Origin: Candidatus Poribacteria bacterium
GTDB lineage: Bacteria; Poribacteria; WGA-4E; PCPOR2b
Assembly (NCBI GenBank): GCA_965218095.1
Contig: OZ244587.1
Span: 2,624,001-2,688,000 of the forward strand
DNA length: 64,000 nucleotides
Reading direction: 5' to 3'
Shown here: piece after piece, positions 21,421-31,900 of the stretch
How the letters are laid out: each line of letters starts with the position of its first letter
Position numbering within the stretch: the stretch's first letter is position 1
The notes under the pieces: model-generated
Databases searched by the model: none
The model's input: the letters and a program-made list of their open reading frames with translations, nothing else
What the model was told of the DNA's origin: nothing
Position numbers and translations under genes: made by a program

Positions 21421-22605
21421 CTATTCGGTTAGCATGAAATCTATCAAAAATTGATAGCTATCTATCACAAACAACTCGTCATCCACAACATCATTCTCAA
21501 ACAGATAATTCTCCTCAATGCGGTTTGTTCTGATAAGGATTTTCTTCCCAAAGCCTTTATTTTCACACGCCTTTTTGAGTAACGCTTTCGCCTCCTGTAT
21601 ACTCTCATGCTCTTTTTGAATTTTGATAGCAACGGATTTACCGTTATCGTCTTTCCTGAGAATGCCATCTATGCCCCTGTTATTCGGAACAACTCGTGCG
21701 TCCAATGTTTGAAGTATCGCCACTGTTTGACTGTCTCTGTTCCGGTGATTCCGGGTCTGAGTTTCCGAGACTTTGGACTCGCTCTTTATCGGATTTTCCA
21801 AGCGTTTTTGGGTCAAAGCAACTGCATCCGCCGAGACGTCTATCCCTATATACTTTCGATTGAGTAACTTTGCAGCGACGAGTGTTGTACCACTACCGCA
21901 AAACGGGTCGAGCACTGTATCGCCTGCATCAGTCACAAGTTCAATGATACGCTCCAAAAGAAGAATCGGTTTTTGCGTTGGATACCCGACGCGCTCCGTC
22001 GCTTTTGGGTTCAGATAAGGGATGTCCCAAACGTCTGTTAAAGGCACCCCTTTTTTGAACTTCCCGGAAATCACCTGACCACTCTCGTCTGTTCTATAGA
22101 CCGATTTACCGTTTTTATCTCTCTCTCTCTCTTGCAAAATCTGCTCAATGTTTGTTATTGGCGAATAATCGGTGAAAATTTTATTCAACTTATAACGAGC
22201 GGTTTTACTGTAGAAGTAAATCGTTTGATGAGTGTTCAATAACCCTCTTTTGGCATTAGACCATCGCCTGTAATGCCATATAATTTCACTTCTAAAGTTA
22301 GACACCCCGAACACATCATCCAGAATCAACCGCAAATGGTGTGATGCAGAGCGGTCACAATGTAAAAAGATGCTACCTGTCTCCTTTAAAACACTCGCAC
22401 ACTCGGAAATCCGCTCCTGTAGAAACCTTCGATACGCATCAACATTGTTCCAGCTATCGTGGAATTGATACACTTTAGAATTATCCCGTGTTTTTAGCCT
22501 TTGCGTCTTCTGTGTAAAAAACGGCGGATCAAGGCAGACTAAATCGACTGACGTAGCATCTATTTTTCTCATCTCAAAAAGACAGTCACCTTTATAGAGT
22601 GTCAT
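21421..22605 (-). CDS. Beta-class N4/N6 DNA methyltransferase
   Basis: DPPF precedes YPTQKP and DPFCGSGTT; AT-richer than the flanks. Confidence 0.92.
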   Translation of the reverse strand: MTLYKGDCLFEMRKIDATSVDLVCLDPPFFTQKTQRLKTRDNSKVYQFHDSWNNVDAYRRFLQERISECASVLKETGSIFLHCDRSASHHLRLILDDVFGVSNFRSEIIWHYRRWSNAKRGLLNTHQTIYFYSKTARYKLNKIFTDYSPITNIEQILQERERDKNGKSVYRTDESGQVISGKFKKGVPLTDVWDIPYLNPKATERVGYPTQKPILLLERIIELVTDAGDTVLDPFCGSGTTLVAAKLLNRKYIGIDVSADAVALTQKRLENPIKSESKVSETQTRNHRNRDSQTVAILQTLDARVVPNNRGIDGILRKDDNGKSVAIKIQKEHESIQEAKALLKKACENKGFGKKILIRTNRIEENYLFENDVVDDELFVIDSYQFLIDFMLTE

Positions 22606-22681
22606 AGACCTAACTCCCAAAATAAACCGGCTGTGAATCGCGTGAAAGCAGCAGATTAACTGTCCATTATCGGTGTTTATT

Positions 22682-23305
22682 TTATCTGTTTTCTTCAGCT
22701 ATCCGCGTTAAAATTGCCTGCAAATCAACATCAGTCTTTGTCCTCACATAACTCCAAGCACCATCTCCGGCGTAATATTCACCACCTAATCCGGTATAAA
22801 CAGTTTTTAGCGTGTCCTGAATCCTTATCGCCTGTGCACGGTTGGGATAGTAAAACATAATTCTTATGGGAATATATCCGGTTTCCTGAATGACTTTTGC
22901 CCGGGTGTGTTCTTTGGTGATATGGTCGCCATCCGTTGTGGCGTCACGCCATTTTATCTCAAAGGCTTCGTTACGAACTAAACAATCAATCTCAAATGTC
23001 TTCGGTCTTCGCCCAATGGTATTTGAAATTTTCACTTTGATTTGTGCATCAGAGAATTTACACTGAAAACATCGGATAACTGCTTCCTCCAGAAAAGAAC
23101 CGGCGTACCTTTAAAGGAATCGTCCCTTGTTCTGATAAAGGTCGATAAGTTCCCCTTCCTTGCTCGTTATCCCTAACACTTGATAAATGAGGTAATGGGT
23201 TTTATCGTCACCTTCCATCTCCGCCTTTCTCCCAGTAATTCTGGTTTTAAGCCTTTCTGCATATTCAGACGCAAGCCCTCTTATTTGTTGTTCGATTAAG
23301 CCCAT
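22682..23305 (-). pseudogene. ApaLI-like type II restriction endonuclease with a premature stop
   Basis: The two ORFs share a frame: YQNKGRFL*RYAGSFLEEA...FEIDCL...EIKWRDATTDGDHITKEH; TAA at 23111-23113. Confidence 0.85.
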
Positions 23306-23332
23306 AAAGAATTAGAGTTCCAAGATAGTGCT

Positions 23333-23383
23333 TCAGAAACCGAGATTTTCGGATAACCTCTCAATCAAAAACTCGACTTCTCT
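23333..23383. repeat. Palindromic element copy
   Basis: tcagaaaccgagattttcggataacctctcaatcaaaaactcgacttctct. Confidence 0.65.
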
Positions 23384-23606
23384 AGCGATCTCCTAAATCA
23401 ATTTCATCAAGTGTCGCGGCGGTTGCAGCTTTCTCAAAGAGCGAATCGAGATGGGAAAGACTTCGCATTGACGTAATCTTGTTGATAACCGATTCGGGGA
23501 TAGAATCAAATCTTAGATGTAACAGTTTGAGTACTGCCTCTCATTTCGCTTCTGTTTTGCCTTGAGAAATGCCCTGCTTTTCGCCTCGTTTTACGCCTTG
23601 TTCAAC
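23382..23606 (-). pseudogene. Rpn/DUF4351-like C-terminal remnant
   Basis: VEQGVKRGEKQGISQGKTEAK*EAVLKLLHLRFDSIPESVINKI...LDSLFEKAATAATLDEI. Confidence 0.65.
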
Positions 23607-23681
23607 TTTAAAATTTTAACACACCGGGTGGCTATCCAGCAAGCATTATCTATTGCTCACTACCACAAGGGTTAAAGAGGG

Positions 23682-23825
23682 CTGTAAAGATTTTGACAAA
23701 GGGATCAGTCAGAAACCGAGTTTTTTTACTCCCCCAACGGACAATATCCCCCCAAATAGGATCAATAGAGATTTCTGTGCCAACACGCCAATGAAAAACT
23801 CGGTTTCTTGCCGAAATCTTTACAG
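23682..23825. mobile_element. MITE-like element with nested inverted repeats
   Basis: Outer IR ctgtaaagattttgacaa / ttgccgaaatctttacag (16/18 match); inner IR agaaaccgagttttt / aaaaactcggtttct. Confidence 0.6.
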
Positions 23826-23855
23826 ACTCGTTAAAGGCTCGGTCTTGACAAATAT

Positions 23856-24068
23856 AGTTTAGCCTTACGAATTCCCAAACCGCTCGCTCGCCAGATTGGG
23901 CTCGAACCCAATTCACCGGTCGGATTATCGCTCCGTGGTACAGAGTTAGTCATTGCACCTGTGAGGCAGCCCGGTTTGAAGCTGGAGGACCTTTTAGCCC
24001 AAGTGACGGAGCACAACTTGCACGGTGAAGTGGACACCGGGGACCCGCTAGGTGGTGAGGTATGGTGA
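23856..24068 (+). pseudogene. mazE: MazE/AbrB antitoxin, 5'-truncated
   Basis: SLALRIPKPLARQIGL...LEDLLAQVTEHNLHGEVDTGDPLGGEVW*; no in-frame start; overlaps the mazF start. Confidence 0.8.
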
Positions 24069-24502
24069 AGTCAACCGAGTACATCCCACAGCGCGGCGAT
24101 GCAATATGGATTAACTTCAATCCGCAAGCGGGGCATGAGCAAGCCGGACATCGCCCCGCCGTTGTGCTCTCACCAGGGGCTTATAACAGCAAGGCTAGTT
24201 TGGCGATTCTCTGCTTAATTACCAATCAAGTGAAGGGGTATCCTTTTGAGGTCGCTATCCCTGCGGGGCTGGATCTGACAGGTGTGATTCTGGCAGATCA
24301 GGTCAAGAGCATGGATTGGCGGGCGAGAAATGCCGTGTTGATATGTCCTTTGCCCACGGAGACAGTCGATGCGATTTTACCCGCACAGGTTTTGAACTCA
24401 AGATTACAGAAACGCATTGACGCCGATCCCCGAATCAAGGAGCGATTCCTCAGCGGCATTCCAAGTGGTCAATTCGGCAGTCCCGACGACATCCACGGCT
24501 AG
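24062..24502 (+). CDS. mazF: MazF/PemK endoribonuclease with C-terminus fused to an SDR remnant; probably damaged
   Basis: YIPQRGD, FNPQAGHEQAGHRPAVVLSP, KGYPFEV, DQVKSMDW. Confidence 0.8.
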   Translation: MVKSTEYIPQRGDAIWINFNPQAGHEQAGHRPAVVLSPGAYNSKASLAILCLITNQVKGYPFEVAIPAGLDLTGVILADQVKSMDWRARNAVLICPLPTETVDAILPAQVLNSRLQKRIDADPRIKERFLSGIPSGQFGSPDDIHG

Positions 24503-24590
24503 CCATGTTTCTCGCATCAGATGCGTCGTCATGGATTACTGGTGCAACTATTCCGATGGACGGTGGCAACCTTGCGATGAACGCCGACTT
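24380..24590 (+). pseudogene. Short-chain dehydrogenase C-terminal remnant
   Basis: IPSGQFGSPDDI, then frameshifted LAMFLASDASSWITGATIPMDGG. Confidence 0.7.
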
Positions 24591-24679
24591 GCGGTTTCTG
24601 GTTCCCTAGTTTGTCTCGCAAGACGGGGTGTTTTTAGTTGAGGGTTCACCCTGATGTTGTGTCGGTTCACGATTGTGTA

Positions 24680-25160
24680 TCATTCACCTGCTACTACGGG
24701 TAGCCCGACGAAAAGCCGGCTGTCAATATCCGCAAGCGGATCGACTTCGCCCATCGCTGCGGCACGGGCGAAAACGACGCCGGGGTGCTTTGCTCGCATC
24801 GCACGCACGAGGACGGTGAAGCCTTTCGGTTCGCTGCTGTCGCGCAATTCCCACGCGACTCGTTCCCGTTCCAAATTGAATCGAACAAGCCCCTCCCGTG
24901 AGACGACACAGAACGCGTAGAGTTCATCAGGCGTTAAGCCATCGCAATACCCGTGGCGAATAATGACATCTCCGCCTCGAATGTCTGAAACCATTCCTCG
25001 CGCCCCGACAACTGAAGCGAGTCGATGAAGCCTGCTGTGTGGACCGCGGCTTTTGACCGCGAGAATGTGCGGTCCCAAGTTGTTGTCAGCGAAATCTCTG
25101 TACGCGGCAATCCACTCGATAAGTTCCTCTGCGTAGGCGTTCCACTCTAAAGGCTTCCAT
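24680..25160 (-). other. Possible gene fragment of unknown family
   Basis: Open frame extends upstream of the called ORF (WNAYAEELIEWIAAYRDF) with no clear start. Confidence 0.3.
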
Positions 25161-25292
25161 TATAAATGACACCGCAAGGGATTAAAAAGTTCACGGGATG
25201 GCAAACGAAAAATTCAGCGGAAGCATTGTTGGTTCAGTGGAAAAACGAATCAGCAGGCGAAGGGGTGATTCAGATAGGTGAAAAAAAACTGT

Positions 25293-25323
25293 TTGGCAAA
25301 AATACCACATATCGTGCTATAAT
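25293..25323 (+). promoter_or_regulatory. Putative extended -10 promoter of the helicase-MTase operon
   Basis: TGcTATAAT at 25315-25323, TTGGCA upstream. Confidence 0.5.
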
Positions 25324-25469
25324 GGTTGATACCTGCCGAATCCTGTTATGAGTAAACCAGTAGAGAGTTTCCAGAAGTAGTGAAAATTTGGAATTCAAAC
25401 CTCCGTCCGCTCGGCGTTCCAGTCCCTGCTCTAATTGTGTGGACGACAATTTGAAAGGAATCGTTCTAA

Positions 25470-28400
25470 ATGCCCCGCATCTTCGATAACATTGATCAAC
25501 AGCTGCTACCCGCACTCCGCGAGATCCTCAAAACCGCCGATCATGCCGACTTTTGCGTCGGCTATTTTAACCTGCGGGGATGGAGGGGACTCAGTTCCTA
25601 TATTGAGGAGTGGGAAGGTGGCGAAGGGGACTGTTGCCGCCTACTGGTAGGAATGCAACCGCCTCCTGAAGAAACTCTTCGGGGTGCCATGCGCCTTGAT
25701 AAGCAGGACGATGGAATTGACAATCAAACGGCGTCGCGTTTGAAACAAAGATTGGCAGAGGAGTTCCGCGAACAGTTGACCGTCGGTGTGCCGACCCGTG
25801 AAGATGAAAAGGGTTTGCGCCAATTGGCACGGCAGATCCGCCACGACAAGGTAAAGGTAAAGCTGTTTCTTCGACATCCCCTCCATGCAAAGCTCTATCT
25901 GCTTTATCGACCGGACCCGATTGCGCCGATTGTGGGTTATCTGGGCAGTAGCAACCTGACCCTTGCCGGACTTTCACGGCAGGGCGAACTCAACGTTGAT
26001 GTGGTCGATTCAGACGCCTGTCAGAAATTAGAAGCCTGGTTTGAAGATCGATGGAGTGACAAATGGTGTATTGATATCTCTAAGGAATTGATTGAAATTA
26101 TCGGGCAGAGTTGGGCGCGTGAAGAACGGATTCCGCCGTATCACATCTACATCAAAATGGCGTATCATCTGTCAAACGAAGCGCGTGCGGGATTGACCGA
26201 ATTTCAGATTCCACACGATTTTGAGGGTAAGCTATTTGAATTCCAAACCGCAGCGGTTAAAATTGCAGCGCATCACTTGAACAGACGCGGTGGGGTACTG
26301 ATCGGGGATGTCGTTGGTCTCGGCAAAACGTTGATGGGAACAGCACTCGCACGAATATTTGAAGACGACCACGACCTTGAAACGCTGATTATCTGTCCGA
26401 AGAATCTGGTGAAGATGTGGGAGGATTATCGGCAGAAGTATCGCCTACGTGGAACGGTGTTTCCAATCAGCCGGGTCATCTCTGAGTTGCCGCAGCTTCG
26501 ACGCTATCGCCTTGTCCTGATTGATGAGAGCCATAACCTTAGAAACCGCGAGGGAAAACGCTATAGTGCGATTCGGGAATATATCGAAAAAAATGAGAGC
26601 AAGGTTATCCTCCTCTCTGCAACCCCCTACAACAAAACCTATCTCGACCTCTCTAACCAGTTGCGCCTGTTTGTTGATGAAAGCGGAGACTTGGGGATTC
26701 GACCGGAGCAACTGCTCAAGGCGTTAGGCGGTGAAACTGCGTTTGTTCGCAAACACCAAAGTGGTCCCCGAACGCTTGCAGCCTTTGAGCAGAGCGAATA
26801 CATTGACGATTGGCGTGAATTGATGCGCCTCTATCTTGTGCGCCGTACGCGCAGCTTCATCATAGATAACTACGCCGAAACAGAACCCAAGACGGAACGG
26901 AAATTTCTCACCTTCCCCGATGGGACCCGTTCCTACTTTCCCACACGGCTTCCCAAAACAGTGAAGTTCCCAATTGATGACCAAAACCCTGATGACCCCT
27001 ACGCCCAATTGTACTCTCCGCATGTTGTGAATACCATTAGCAATCTGAAACTGCCTCGATATGGGCTTGCAAATTACATTGACGACGCACCATCGGGACC
27101 GCCGACACCCAGCGAGCAACAAACATTGGACAACCTCTCCCGTGCAGGGAAGCGGTTGATCGGCTTCAGTCGGACCAACCTTTTTAAGCGACTGGAAAGT
27201 AGCGGACACGTGTTCATCCAATCCGTCGAGCGGCACATTCTGCGAAACTATATTTACCTCTACGCGATTGAAAACAACAAACCGCTACCGATTGGAGCGC
27301 AAAATGCCGAGATGCTTGATTCACGCCTCTACGATGAAGATGCCGATGCCCTGAATCTCATATCCGATCCGTTCGATGACGACACTGAGGAACAAGTTGA
27401 TGACACCAGTTCACAATTGGCTTCCTATACAACCGATGCGTTCAAAGAGGAAGCCGCTGAAATCTATCATCTCTACACGACGCAATACAAAAGTCGGTTT
27501 AGGTGGATTCGGCCGGATCTCTTCCGTCGATCACTTTGGAAAGAGCTCACCGATGACGCGCACGCCTTGTTTGAAATCTTGCAACAATACGGCACATGGG
27601 ATGCGGAAAAAGATGCAAAACTGAACGCACTTGAGGACCTCTTAACCCAAACCCATCCCGACGATAAAGTTCTAATTTTCACGCAATTTGCCGATACGGT
27701 GCGCTATCTGAATGAGGCTCTTTCGGCGCGTGGGATTTCTCAGCTAGCCGAGGTAACGGGTGACTCACCGGATCCGACCGAACTGGCATGGCGGTTCAGT
27801 CCGGTCAGCAACAATAAGGAGGATAGCAGCACGCCGCAAAACAAGTTACGGGTTCTCATTAGCACAGATATACTGAGTGAAGGACAGAACCTACAAGATT
27901 GTGCGATTGTTGTCAACTATGACCTACCTTGGGCAATCATCCGCTTGGTTCAACGCGCCGGACGTGTTGACCGGATTGGTCAAGAAGCTGAAAAGATTTT
28001 GTGTTATTCGTTTCTACCGGTAGAAGGTGTCGAGCGCATCATCGCTCTGCGGGCACGCGTCCGGGCACGCCTACATCAGAATGCGGAGGTTGTCGGCACG
28101 GACGAAGCGTTTTTTGAAGATGATGACGATGAAAAAGCGATTGTTGACCTCTACCATGAACGAGCGGACTTGCTTGACGATGAACTGGATAACGATGTTG
28201 ATCTCGCCTCTTATGCGTATCAGATTTGGAAAAATGCGATTACCCAAGATCCAGGCTTAGAACAGACCATTTCTCAACTGCCATATGTCGTCTATTCGAC
28301 ACGACCACACCTCCCGACGGAGACGGAACCGGAAGGTGCACTTATTTACATGCGAACGGGCGAGGGAAACGATGCGCTGGCACGGATAAACCGAGACGGG

Positions 28401-28862
28401 CAGAGTGTAACGGAATCCCAGTTTGCAATTCTGGGTGCCGCAACGTGCGAACCGGATACCCCGGCACTGCCCCCGCTTGAAGAGCACCATCACCTCGTGA
28501 AACGGGGGACAGAGTTGATAGCAGCCGAGGAGAGGTCTGTTGGTGGAGGATTGGGACGACCATCGGGCGCCCGATTCCGTACCTATGAACGTCTGAAACA
28601 GTACGCCGAAGAAGTGAAAGGAACGTTATTTGATACGCCGGAACTGAAACGAGCCATTGAAGACATCTATCGATACCCGTTGCGTCCGGGGGCGACCGAT
28701 ACCCTCAATCGTCAACTGCGTAGCGGTATTTCCGATCAAGCGCTTGCGGAACTGGCGATCACGCTGCGGGACGAGGGTCGGCTCTGTATTGTTCAAGAAG
28801 AAAGACAGACGCGAGAACCGCAGATTATCTGTTCATTGGGGCTTGCCGCAAATGATTCCTGA
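25470..28862 (+). CDS. PLD-nuclease / SNF2-type SF2 helicase fusion
   Basis: HAKLY..GSSNLT PLD motif, GDVVGLGKT, DESH, SATP, SEGQNLQ, QRAGRVDRIG. Confidence 0.92.
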   Translation: MPRIFDNIDQQLLPALREILKTADHADFCVGYFNLRGWRGLSSYIEEWEGGEGDCCRLLVGMQPPPEETLRGAMRLDKQDDGIDNQTASRLKQRLAEEFREQLTVGVPTREDEKGLRQLARQIRHDKVKVKLFLRHPLHAKLYLLYRPDPIAPIVGYLGSSNLTLAGLSRQGELNVDVVDSDACQKLEAWFEDRWSDKWCIDISKELIEIIGQSWAREERIPPYHIYIKMAYHLSNEARAGLTEFQIPHDFEGKLFEFQTAAVKIAAHHLNRRGGVLIGDVVGLGKTLMGTALARIFEDDHDLETLIICPKNLVKMWEDYRQKYRLRGTVFPISRVISELPQLRRYRLVLIDESHNLRNREGKRYSAIREYIEKNESKVILLSATPYNKTYLDLSNQLRLFVDESGDLGIRPEQLLKALGGETAFVRKHQSGPRTLAAFEQSEYIDDWRELMRLYLVRRTRSFIIDNYAETEPKTERKFLTFPDGTRSYFPTRLPKTVKFPIDDQNPDDPYAQLYSPHVVNTISNLKLPRYGLANYIDDAPSGPPTPSEQQTLDNLSRAGKRLIGFSRTNLFKRLESSGHVFIQSVERHILRNYIYLYAIENNKPLPIGAQNAEMLDSRLYDEDADALNLISDPFDDDTEEQVDDTSSQLASYTTDAFKEEAAEIYHLYTTQYKSRFRWIRPDLFRRSLWKELTDDAHALFEILQQYGTWDAEKDAKLNALEDLLTQTHPDDKVLIFTQFADTVRYLNEALSARGISQLAEVTGDSPDPTELAWRFSPVSNNKEDSSTPQNKLRVLISTDILSEGQNLQDCAIVVNYDLPWAIIRLVQRAGRVDRIGQEAEKILCYSFLPVEGVERIIALRARVRARLHQNAEVVGTDEAFFEDDDDEKAIVDLYHERADLLDDELDNDVDLASYAYQIWKNAITQDPGLEQTISQLPYVVYSTRPHLPTETEPEGALIYMRTGEGNDALARINRDGQSVTESQFAILGAATCEPDTPALPPLEEHHHLVKRGTELIAAEERSVGGGLGRPSGARFRTYERLKQYAEEVKGTLFDTPELKRAIEDIYRYPLRPGATDTLNRQLRSGISDQALAELAITLRDEGRLCIVQEERQTREPQIICSLGLAANDS

Positions 28863-28867
28863 ATTAG

Positions 28868-28900
28868 AGAAACCGAGTTTTTCAAAAAAACTCGGTTTCT
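28868..28900. repeat. Perfect palindrome between helicase and MTase
   Basis: agaaaccgagttttt-caa-aaaaactcggtttct. Confidence 0.8.
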
Positions 28901-28969
28901 TGTTCGCATTGACCGCAATTGACCACATCTATTCATTGAGGCTCGCCGCAGGCGCAGGAGATAACGCCG

Positions 28970-31900
28970 ATGCAAATTAATCGCGACCGGACCCGTCAAC
29001 TCCTGAGAGACTTTGAATTTAAATCCCTCCTAGTTGAAGAACTCGGTTGGGACCGTCACAGAGGAGAGGTCAAAACTGAAATCCGAGAAAAGGGGGTTGA
29101 TGAAACCGAATATTCATTGACCGCAATTGCCCAAAAACACGGAATGGCTGTCTTTCACTGTTCGGCAAGAATCGATGGGAGGATTCCAGATTATGCGACC
29201 CGGCGTAAAATTCAACGGGAGGTTGCCAAATCTGTCTACGAACACCTCATCATTTACACTGACGCTGAGAAGACCACACAGATCTGGCAGTGGGTCAAAC
29301 GGGAGCAAGGGAAGCCCCTTGCATGTCGTGAACAATCCTATCGTCGCGAACAGTCCGGTGAGGCACTGATCCAAAAACTGAATACAATCGTTTTTAGCTT
29401 AGCAGAGGAAGAAGAAGGTCTCACGCTGCTGGACGTAACAAGCCGCGTTCGTGCAGCTTTTGACGTGGAACGCGTGACCAAACGATTTTATGACCGTTTC
29501 AAAACGGAACACGCCCGGTTTCTCAACTTTCTCGAAGGAATTCCTGATCAAGAGATGCAACGCTGGTACGCTTCGGTGATGCTGAATCGCCTGATGTTCA
29601 TCTACTTTATCCAGAAGAAAGGTTTCCTGAACAACAACCCGGATTATTTGCGGACCAAACTGGCAAAAAGTAAAACAAACGGTAGAGATCAATACTACAC
29701 TGCTTTTCTCTGTCCACTATTCTTTGAGGGGTTTGCGAAACCGGAGTCCGAACGGAGCAGAGAGGCGAAGCGGCTGCTCGGAAAAGTGCCTTACCTGAAC
29801 GGCGGTATCTTTCAGCGACACCAACTTGAGGAACTCCATGTCGAAGACTCTCGGAACGGAGGGGAAAGGATTCAGATTCCTGACGCTGCATTTGAGGGGC
29901 TTTTTAATTTCTTTGAGGCGTACCAATGGCACCTCGACGAGCGTCCACTGCGGAACGATAACGAGATTAACCCAGATGTCCTCGGCTACATCTTTGAAAA
30001 ATATATCAACCAGAAGCAGATGGGCGCGTACTACACCAAGGAGGACATCACGGAGTATATCAGCAAAAATACGGTGATTCCGTTTCTCTTTGATGCTGCG
30101 CGAAAGAAGTGTAAAATCGCTTTCGAGGGGAAGGCAAGCCTCTGGCAATTGCTAGGAACCGACCCAGACCGTTACATCTACGATGCCGTCAAAACGGGTA
30201 TCGAATCGGATCTGCCGCCGGAGATCGCCGCAGGGATCGACGATGTATCTAAACGCGGACTGTGGAACACGTCTGCGCCCGATAAATATGCTTTACCGAC
30301 GGAGATATGGCGAGAGGTCGTCGCACGGCGGAGTCAATACGAATCAATTCACGCTAAACTTTCAAACGGAGAAATAGATGACATCAACGCCCTCATTACT
30401 TATAACCTCGACATCCGCCAATTCGCACACGACGTAATTGAAAATTGTGAGGGACCCGAGTTGCTACGCGCCTTCTGGAAAGCCATCAATCAGGTGACCA
30501 TCCTTGATCCGACCTGCGGTTCCGGGGCGTTCCTGTTTGCTGCCCTCAATATCCTTGAACCACTCTACGAAGCATGTCTGGATCGGATGGAGGTCTTTCT
30601 TGAAGAGTTAGAACATACCCGCGAAAAGCCGCGTACCGAAAGATTTAGGGATTTCCGCAAAGTTCTTGAAGATATTGAGCAGCACCCAAATCGCCGTTAT
30701 TTCATTCTCAAGTCAATTATTGTCAACAATCTCTACGGTGTAGACATTATGGAGGAGGCGATAGAGATTTGTAAGTTGCGGCTCTTCCTCAAAATGGTGG
30801 CACAGATCGAGGATGTAGATCAGATTGAACCGCTTCCTGACATCGACTTTAACATACAAGCGGGGAATACGCTCGTCGGATATGCGACATACAACGAGGT
30901 GGAAAAAGCGGTCACCGAGAAGTTAGACTTTGATAATACGATGACACGCATTAAAGAAGGGGCGGAAGACGTCAAGCAGTTGTTTGATCGGTTTCGTGAG
31001 CAGCAGACGGAATTGGGCGGTGCCGTAACACCTGATGACAAACAGGCGTTGCGGGATAAACTCAAGGTGTTAGAAGATGAACTCAACCGTTACCTTGCCG
31101 GAGAATACGGCGTAGATCCGAATAAAGGATCTGCTTACCAGAATTGGCTCTCTTCGCACAAGCCGTTCCACTGGTTCATTGAGTTTTACGGAATTCTCAA
31201 GGACGGTGGGTTTAATGTAATTATTGGAAATCCACCGTATGTTTCTATTCGGAAAATAGACTATACATCTAGTCTTGAAGAAAGACTAAAGTTACCCGAC
31301 TTATACGGTTATGTCTTGATTCGGACCCTTGATCTGAGCTCCGATAATGGAAGAAATGGTATGATAATACCGTTGTCTATTACTTTCAGCCGTGATTTTT
31401 CACTATTACGCGAGAGTTTATATATTGAAGGAATCTCTTGGTTTTCGTCTTTTGACAATATCCCGGCCTCAATATTTGCAGGGGTTAGCCAAAGGTGTAC
31501 TATTTGGATAGGCTGCAAGTGCAAGTCTATAGAACGCGCCTGCTTTTCAAGCCCTATGTATCGTTGGCGTTCGATCACAAGATCCTGCTTAATAGATAGA
31601 ATAAATTATGTAAAAATCGCCTGGGAAAATAACAAGGTATTGGGGATCCCTAAAATCCATGATACCGTTCTTTCCAAAGTTCTTGATGTGATAGATGTTA
31701 GAACACACAAACCGTCTCAACGCGTTTTCGCATTACCAAAAGAAACTTCATTATCTCTCTATTTTTCGCCCTCGGCACGCAACTTTATCTCAGTTTTTAA
31801 ATCTGAACCTCCCTGTTTAGATGCCCATACGCTTGAAATAGTATCTTCTTCCTCAGTCCAAAAAGTCAACTTACACAGAAAAACAAACATCAACTCTGCA

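Noticed and set aside
25385-25435. Minus-strand ggaggtttgaattcc as a tRNA T-arm or att site
   Set aside because: The T stem does not pair and no cloverleaf or CCA end can be built
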